In this document: one piece after another, positions 55,101 through 64,000 of the stretch
Numbering within the stretch: the first letter of the stretch is position 1
Layout: the number at the start of each line of letters is the position of its first letter
Assembly (NCBI GenBank): GCA_003344405.1
Contig: NOWV01000146.1
Span: 124,001-188,000, forward strand
DNA from: Trichoplax sp. H2
Lineage: Eukaryota
DNA length: 64,000 nt
Direction: 5' to 3'
Translations under genes and position numbers: made by a program
The notes under the pieces: model-generated
What the model was told of the DNA's origin: nothing
Database searches by the model: none
Seen by the model: only the letters and a program-made list of their open reading frames with translations

Positions 55101-58100
55101 TATGGGATAAATATCATAAATAGGTGTGATAGTCAAGCCGCACAAGTATATAATAGAATTCCATTCTGTTATAATTTGTTTCTTATTTGGGTGAAGTATA
55201 GTGATCACATACAATAAAGTATCTCCTTATTTTTAGGCACCATAATCAATAGTTTATGTTTTCGGTTGTGAACTATTAGACCACCTGCACCCTTTTCGAG
55301 CGTAATACCAATATTAACAAATGAAATACTAGAAAAATATGCATTGATTTAACCGCAAATTGCTCATTATGAGTCCTTAATAGAACCTTCAATTACTCTT
55401 GCTCGCCTGTAATTTAAATGATCTGATGGAAATAAATACAACTAAACTTTCACTACATTTATTACAATTTTACTCACCACTTAGTTTTATCAATAAACTA
55501 TTATCTACTTCGTTATATTTACTATATTTACTTTAAGCAAATTAGCAATTTACGTGTAGAACTTTCAGTACAATTGTACTATTACTTTGATCGTGATTTG
55601 GGATGTGTATATGTCCTCTACAGTACATCTCCACATTCATTTATTTTTTTACTTACCTATCTTTACAATGACAACGCCATTAAGGATTTAACGCTAACTA
55701 ATAAGACGGTAAACAGATAATATACTTTATTATTGGCGTAAGGTACTTCAGTAAAATTGATGGCTGATAATCATTTGCTCGCCTTGTTATTTTAGAGTGT
55801 AGGAATGACTTTGGAGCATAGCATGTCATGGAGAGCCTATAGTACATATAAATGGAAAGAGGCCTGTAATTATCAGTGGTTTTTAACTCCCCCACGGAAA
55901 TAATAATTGTATTCTACATCGATAGTTGAAATCTGCATTCCATTTCAATTTGCAAATTCTTTGCCCTCATGGTCTATCGTTTAGAATCATGATTCCCTAG
56001 CAGTAGAATTACTATGTCTAAAATATTATTTATAGAGTAATTGTAAATTTGGCAGGTGAAACTGATTTTATTAGACTCTTATTTACTCATAAGTAGGACT
56101 GGATAAAGCAGCTTTATTTTACAATAACGGCAAAAGCAAGTATTCCAACGGAAGTAAACCAACTTCACATTGGGAATTTCCGAGAAGTAAAAACATAAAT
56201 CTTTGTAACCAATTAACGAAATCTCCTAAAAGGATTATAGTATTGTTAGTCATCGAATGTAAGACCTTCTCTACACTTGCAGTATATTTTTTCGGACTAC
56301 TATCGTGTCTAGACGAGTCGTTTGTATTGCTATTACCTATTTTTATTTTATTACACAAATCTGATATTTAAACTAACCTTTTCATTTTGAAAAGAACGTT
56401 CATTAAATTAATTTATTTTCCGCATTGACCCTTGCCCTTATACGAAGAACTTAATGTCATCTCGTCATCCTGGCCTCTGGCCCTATAAATGGTTCCAGTT
56501 TTAATATCTAGGCTAATGGATTATAATAACCAGTAATTTATTGCCTTGTATTGCTATGTATAAAATTAAAAGTAACTAAATTTGTAATCGTTATTGCACA
56601 CTGCTCTGATCCGTAATAACCTCGTTATCGGTTTACCCTCAGCACTTATTGTACTGTATAATCTGATAAAATAATGTGGAATACTCGTATATCCATTAAA
56701 AAGTTACACCTTTAATGCCTTCTATTTTATAAGTTTCGGCTTATAACAAGGCCAATTCAATTGCTACGGAGAGCTGTAAGATGATTTAGTTAGAATCGAA
56801 AATAAAAATATTGTCTATTGCATTTCAGGTTGCTGTCGACAAGTTCTACAAGTTATCTAATCTAAATACTCAATTTCATTTCACCTGTTTAAATTCTAAG
56901 TAACCCTGTCATTGAAATATATTGCATGCTAATACCGTCACAATAAGAACTCTTATAAAACACCATATCCGATTTCCAATGATTTGCTCATTTTAATTGC
57001 TATCAGAATAAACTCAATTAAAATAAATAGTTACAGAAATAGAAGTAAGAAATCAACGAATGGTTGATGAATCTATTTAAATAATTTCAGTTCATTAATT
57101 CGTGTGATAAAGTCACGTAGGATTTACCTTAGCCATTAAAAACATATTTTGAAGTAATTTACGTTTATGAGTTGTTAAAATAATTGCAAAAGGAAATGGA
57201 ATTTTATTTTACAGGGTAAGAAATCTAGCGTAATGTTGGACCATACATATCATCAATCTTTTTGTACGGAATATATTGCTTTATACACGTATCGAGGGAA
57301 TCACAAAAGGAATCTGTGCTAAGGACCAAGTTATAATCCACAAGTATTTTAACCAATAACAACCCTCTTACGGTAATACCAAAGTTGAAAATTGATTTTA
57401 GTTAAATTTCGTTTCTTTTCTAACTAATAAGCTCATTCTGGATTATAAATACAAGCACCACTTACAATACCTACGACTTTTAATATCCTTGCAAAGCACT
57501 ATTAAATCTACTGCATCGCAGTAAACTTGGAAAATAGAGCTACTACACCGGTCTTGATCCCCTACTGTGAAAATCTATGATTGTGCTTAAAGGAAGTCAG
57601 TGTAAAACAAAATCTAAAAATCTGCAGCAATACCAAATTGTAAGCACAGTTGCAATATCAAACTATTTTCTAGAACAAATAATAAGAACTAACGACTCTA
57701 TTTTCTTTTACTTTATCACATAGATAGGCTGCGCTTAGACCTAGATGTCTATGGCTGCAAATACGATACCTCCGACTACAGTTGCGGATATCAATGTCAA
57801 ATACTACTCCATTAAACTGTCTAGATAATAAACCGGCAAGCAACCTTCTTTAAGACGATCTTTTACCTTGCCATGTTATTCAAACTGAAAATAATAAGAA
57901 ATATAGTGATCTTAACGTCGAAATCTGCAGATGCTACATCTTGACAAATCAGCGGGTAAAAAGTGTTTCCTTGAAGATATTGCATCTAATAGTCAGCTAT
58001 TCCTAATTACGTGTAGAACTCGAATTTAGGCGGCTAAGGATTAACGTATGATAGAAAACTCTGTTGCATGAGCTAAAAAATTATTACAACATGCATTTCT

Positions 58101-58335
58101 TTTTCTATGATTTTTATCTACTGTTATGGTACAAAACCTGCTATGTACTCCTACCATAATGTAAACGCTGAACGTGGGATTGCTTGAGCAATAACTGCGT
58201 AATGAGTGCTACCATCCGCGACGCTATTACTAGCTACAGAATAAACTTTTGCTCATAAACTAGTATTTTTTCTTTTAGCAGGAATGAATGCTACAATACG
58301 GTATCAATCCATCTCATTAGTTTCATGCTGTTGCA

Positions 58336-58580
58336 CAATCTTGTTCTTTATTGTTGTTATTTCTTAAATAAATTGAAAGAATCGGACTGACCGACATGCT
58401 ATCAAAATAAAAGACTTGGTGGGCAATGTTAAGCTAACGTGTAGTCTTGTTGTTGTTGTTGTTGTTTATTGCTGTTATTTCTTAAATAAATTGAAGGAAT
58501 TTGACCGATCGAAATACTACCAAAATAAATTACTTGATGGGCAATGTTAAGCTAACGTGCAATCTTGTTGTTTATCGTTG
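58336..58580. repeat. tandem duplication, period ~118 bp
   Basis: TGTTATTTCTTAAATAAATTGAA..TGGGCAATGTTAAGCTAACGTG..TCTTGTTGTT twice. Confidence 0.9.
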
Positions 58581-59612
58581 TAATTTTTAAACATATTTTA
58601 GCCAGAAAAATAAGACGTGGCATGATGATATGGTAATGTTATTAAAAAAATGTCCGTAAGTGGAAGCCTGGATCGCCCGAGTCAAATACCTTACGGCTTT
58701 GATTGAGAATGTTCGGAAATTAGTTGGATGCTAGGCTGAGCTCAGTATCACTTATTCGCAACTTGGTTTATACCGATTTTATCACAAATAATAATTAAAA
58801 TTGGCAATACCTTACCTCATAAACATTTTGCAGTAATAGTTTACTCGACGAGAAATGCACAAAGGTGAAGATCTTACTAATCAAAACTATTCTTGGGAGA
58901 ACATGGAAGGCTTTTTTTACACATGGTACCGAACTATAGTTTCCAATCATGTCAGAGCAACATCGTCTTTAAATATTGCCGACAATATCCTTGATGACAA
59001 TGATTTACTCATAAACAATTTCTTTATTTTACATTGAATATGATTGTTGTTAAAATGGCACACTGAGATTCCATAGAAGAATGCAGAAAAAATAGAATCT
59101 TTTCTGTAGGAGTCATTTGCATAGCGTAAAGGAAAAGCCTTTCACTCTATTTGTCCTAATGGTGAACTGTCCTTTCCTGGCCGAGCTAAGAAAAATGGAC
59201 ATTTCAAAAAGTAAAATTGATCACAATCAAAAAAATTTAGAAGGTTGTTAAACATTATACAATATACTAGATAGGATAAATTTTAAAAATTGAATACTGT
59301 TACCACACTATGAGCAACGAAAATGCATAACTCGTATCATTTTTAATACTAACACTAAAGGCGAATGAATTGCCAATTTGGTAAGTTTTCAACTCTCTAG
59401 TTTAAACTAAGAACGACTCATGGAGAAAATTAATCCCTGCACTCTAATTTGCTGCTTAGGGACTCCTTATCAAAAGCAATTTTCATCGATAAAATTGATA
59501 ATTTTTACAGTAGCATGGGAGTTTTCCGATGCCTCCATCATGGTTGCATCTGTTTAACTTGCACTTGGAAATAAAGGGAGTAATAACTGAGACTTTCCGG
59601 TCTCCCCATTTA

Positions 59613-59662
59613 CTCTCTCTCTCTCTCTCTCCTACTATATAATCCCCGGGGATTAGAGAGAG
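59613..59662. repeat. (CT)n tract, 16-bp perfect palindrome TAATCCCCGGGGATTA, (AG)n tract
   Basis: Palindrome at 59640-59655, flanked by complementary CT and AG runs. Confidence 0.85.
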
Positions 59663-59868
59663 AAAGTAGACGGTGGAAAAAGGATTAATACTTTACTTAA
59701 GTAGTTTCTGGTCATAAAGAGAAACCAAAATACGAAAAAATAAATTTTGCAAAAGAACCAAGAATTGAAACCCGTTTCGTTCTGAAATCAATGTTCTAGA
59801 TTTTACAAGTGCAGTATTTTGATGGTTAACTTAATTGATGATCCATAGGTCATCAATAATGATTTAAC

Positions 59869-60310
59869 AATTCACACAAATACTTCAATTTGGATTTTTT
59901 TTGAAATCTGCATACTTCCACTTATTCTTATAAAAGATATATCTAAATTTATTCCTAGCCAATTAACAAGAGAGAATTCTATAGTAGCTTTAGCGCGATA
60001 GTTGTAAACCTATTTCAACAAGGAGAACTATAGCAAACTTTCAGCTTAGAGATGTGCATCACCTTGTGATCAGGATCCCGACAGAACAGTGAATTCACAC
60101 AAATCTTTCACTTTGGGCATCGTTTTAAAATCTAAACACTTCCATTAATTCTTAAAACGTCAAGATAAAATCCAAATCTATTCCAACATGGTGAGCTGGA
60201 GAGAATTCTGTATTAGCTTTAGCACTGCATATGCAAATCGATTCAAACAAAAAGAACCGAAGCCATCTTCAGGCTACTGGATATCAGGACCATTATCATC
60301 GGGATTTCTG
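59869..60310. repeat. old tandem duplication, period ~223 bp
   Basis: AATTCACACAAAT at 59869 and 60092; GAGAGAATTCT..TAGCTTTAGC in both copies. Confidence 0.75.
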
Positions 60311-60519
60311 TAGAACAGCAAACACCACATATGTGTAGAATATCTTAAGCTAGACAACATTTCTTTTAAAAGTTGGTTTCTTCATCAAGTATGTGAGTTT
60401 ACTAGAGCTGAGATATCTACAAAGTATTCTTATTACTCAATTTAACGGATAGGCGATGATTAAATAATATTCTTTACAAGTCCAAATTGCTAACTCCTAT
60501 GTTTAAAGCTCACTCTACA

Positions 60520-61435
60520 TTATTTAATGTATAGAGACTCGCGAAAGTCTGTTGAGACCGGCTTCCTCATATGCGAGAAATTCTCCTTGATAATATATCC
60601 TATTTAGTTTTCCTCAGCTATTTTTAAATCTTTCTGTTGTTAATATACAATCAATCTCGTGTATTTAGCCATGAGGATTAGCTCTTTTGCAGAAGTCAGT
60701 TCCTTTCTCGATCTAGATTAAATCATTGTAGAGAGACTCGCAAAAGCGTGATTGAGCAAAGAACCCTGAGATAGTTGACTCTATTTCATGTACGGTCTTC
60801 TTGACCTTACTGCTGTAGTATAAATTAAGCCTTATTAATATTGGTAGTAATCCCTTCTAATAAGTAAAAATTTTAAATGTTTTGACGTTATACGAAGCCT
60901 GTATTTGATGAAATATCAATTTACTGCAATTATCCATGAGCTAACTTCGCTGTGTAAGACTACTTACAGACCAATTTCTTTCTTGATCAAAATTAATCCA
61001 TGTACAGAGACTTCCAAAAGTACAATTTGATCAAGAAATTATAAGGTACGAGAAAATGCATGACTGAGAAATTCCTCTTGGCGATATACGTATTCTATAC
61101 GGTCTTATTGATATTATTACTGTAGTAAGTCAAGATTTTTTAAACATCATGTTGTGATGCATAGACAGAGTTAAGGAAATATCAAGTTAATGTAATTGCC
61201 CACGAGCTGGCTTTTCTTTGTAAGACCCTTTGTATAAGACCAGTTGCTCTCTTAACATCTTGCTGCTAGTCATAGACAGAAATCAATGAAATATCTAGTG
61301 CAAATTAGTGCACATTATTCATGAGCTAGCTTCTCTGTAAAAATCTTTTACAGGCTCATTTCTCTCAATCCAAAGTAATCAGTATAAACAAACTTTCAAA
61401 AGTGCGATTTGACCAAAGAAACTTAAGGTACAAGG
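60520..61435. repeat. highly diverged repeat cluster (~4 partial copies)
   Basis: GAGACT..AAAG motif at ~60534, ~60734, ~61008 (variant ~61390); (C)ATGAGCT-like blocks at ~60935, ~61201, ~61320. Confidence 0.6.
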
Positions 61436-61959
61436 AATGCCTCCATGACAGTGTATAATCAGTTCCGTCTTATTGGAAAGTAACTATTTCGTTTAGTAAT
61501 GATTAATCATAATCCATTCTAGTAAGTAAAGATCGCTAACATCATGTTGTTATACGTAGATTGCATTTCACGAGCTTTGCAAAGTCTAGTAATCAAGCAG
61601 TCTAAGTAATGCCTGCTCTTTTTGTGAATTGTATCAGAAAGAACGTCCAAGGAGTACAAGTAGAATCGATTTACTTGTCGATTTCCATTAGAAAGGCACA
61701 TACTTACGGAGCACTACTCGATCTCATAAAGTGTTCAGTTGACATGTTCTAAAAGTATTATCATATAAGAAATGAACTGTGATCAACTAAACTACAGTAC
61801 AACAAGGTTATATTTGCTCCGTTTTCAATGTGCTGCCACGTTATGATTAAACAAGGTAAAGTGACTTTTCATGATATTTCTAGTCCATTTCAGTAACTAT
61901 GAGTGTAATAAAAGCATTCTTAATTAAGTATCCATTTTTTCAATGCCAACCCTAACCTT

Positions 61960-62294
61960 AACTTTTACTTATACTGTGGTTTTAGCCTTTTTTGTATGAC
62001 ATATCTCGGCTTGTAGCAGATACCCATCAAAACTGCCAATTTACTGCTCCATCTTGGCTATGCAATTCTTCACACGGAGTCAATAGAAATATGCTTTCTT
62101 GAGTTTATTGTAATTAATTACGTGTCACTATAAGTAGTAGTAAGAGTTTTAACTTTTACTTATTCTAGGCCGTTAGCGTTTTTCCGTACAACATATTGCA
62201 GCTTGTAGCTGATACCGATTAAAAAACTGTCAATTTACTGCTAAATCGTAGTTATGTAATTTTTCACATGCACTCCATCAAAACATGCTTTCTT
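61960..62294. repeat. diverged tandem duplication, period ~191 bp
   Basis: AACTTTTACTTAT..GCTTGTAGC.GATACC..CAATTTACTGCT..ATGCTTTCTT at 61960 and 62151. Confidence 0.8.
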
Positions 62295-64000
62295 AATGCT
62301 TTCATAGATTACTGGTCAAAAATCGAGTCATTCTACTATTTACTCAATTGTAATATTGCATAGCAACTCGAGAAGAAAATATTGCACAACAGGAATACGA
62401 GTAAACACTTCTTTTATTTCATTGGTAATTCTTATATGATCTTATTTCGCTAGAGAGCTAATACGTAGACGCCTAGTTCAATACATTCACATAGTTTATG
62501 GCATCAATTTGTATAACTTGATTATCGTTATTTTCTTCCACTACTATACTTATTGGCATCTGTATGGTTGCTTTCGCTTAAATAATGACTATAGATCATG
62601 ACTATATCATTTAAATTTATGTATTACGATTGATAGATTAAGGCTAAAGTATCTACGGAAGATGGATAGTTGAGAATAACGTATAAACAACATGACTACC
62701 TCAACGATAGACAACTGCAGTAGTAAAGCATGTAGCCAATACGAGATAAAGCTATAGCATTATTATCCACACTTGGTCAATCTAACTGGAGATTTTGTTA
62801 CACATTTGAATTACCATTAACCGTTCAATGGGAAAGGAGGATGTTGGATAATCCTTCGGTTGAGACTTTCAAGCCATTTTTTCCGATCGACTAGATAAAT
62901 CACCAAGGAAAATTTTCTTAAATGGGTTAGAGTTAGGTATGTAAGATAGCCTTTTCTGACCTCTTTTAAAAGGGATAAATCCTTGCTTTTCTGTATCTCT
63001 CTGCTACAGTGAGGATAAAATAAAGCCATGTTTACATTAAGTAAGCTAGGATTAGCATTTTTGTAATGAACTTAAAAATACTGAAGATTTCATCGAATAA
63101 CTTCTCTATAATATATACCATTCATCTGTAACTAGGTATCACTTATTTATTATCGACATGAGACTTACTGAAAACCAAGATACTACATTCTTTGCTTCCG
63201 ATTTCTCACTATCATCATCTTGCTATCAATAATAATGCATGAAGAAAGAAATTGGTTAACATTAATGGCAATCGATCATGATTTTGATACCTATGCTAAT
63301 TATTCTCTACTATTACAAATTTACAATTAGCAGTTTGCATTAACCATTTTTAACCAGATGTGTACGAATCGATCAAAAAATGGCAATAACAGTTAATTAC
63401 GTGATCACAACTCGGGGCTAGGGTTCCTAATTCTAGCTTGTTATTAGTCCATTTTACAAATTTTCTAGAACAAATTTAAGGTAACTAATGAATCGCTTCA
63501 ATTTGGGTCTATAAATCCTTGTTTCTACGATGGTTGATGCCAGAAAAGTACAGTAAGAGGTCTACAGAATTTGCTAATATATGAGTAAACGTAAGTACGA
63601 TATCGTCAACATTTTTATTAATGCAGATCAAATATATTTGTAATAGATGATTTTCTCTCTTATTAAATACAAGAAAGGGTTTTTTCAAAATGCGATGATA
63701 ACCTCTCCTAAATATTGAAAGTGGTAATATTCCTATCAATCAGTCTTTTTCTCCTACATAGTTACTTCTTGGAACAACTAGTATATACTATGGAGTATGC
63801 CGAATCTTTTAAATATTACTTTACGCCAGATTAATTCAATCTTTTTTAGTCTAAATTATTCCTTCAATTTCTAGTATACAAATAAGCTAAAGCACTACTG
63901 TACGTATATTCGCATAATTAATAACTCTTTATAACAGATTAAATAGGTTTTAAATTCTTTGCTCTTTCGTTAAGTACATTAATTGGTCTTTCAAAATCCG

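Noticed and set aside
58816-59037. Short ORFs on both strands with a minus-strand GTAAGG donor
   Set aside because: No homology recognised and no partner exons found.

Overview
AT-rich, intron-dense eukaryotic (animal) DNA. The compact genes with ~60-120 bp introns and a repeated 'GISLF' prohormone point to a placozoan such as Trichoplax (inference). Genes assembled by hand from splice sites: the 3' part of DNA polymerase alpha catalytic subunit (POLA1, +, to 2761), a complete ~32-exon importin-5 (IPO5, +, 4997-14564) containing an AT-AC U12-type minor intron, a NACHT+WD40 (NWD-like) gene (+, ~31696-37035), a tRNA-Thr(AGT) gene, a complete 10-exon MO25/CAB39 (-, 46744-42632), and a 2-coding-exon neuropeptide precursor (-, 52110-51093) that the ORF track only half-captures. 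The intergenic DNA holds many short tandem duplications, a 179-bp TATA-containing array, hairpin-forming repeats, and a ~17 kb gene-free stretch with a promoter-like GC island at which strand composition appears to flip. No CRISPR array, rRNA or intact transposase is visible.
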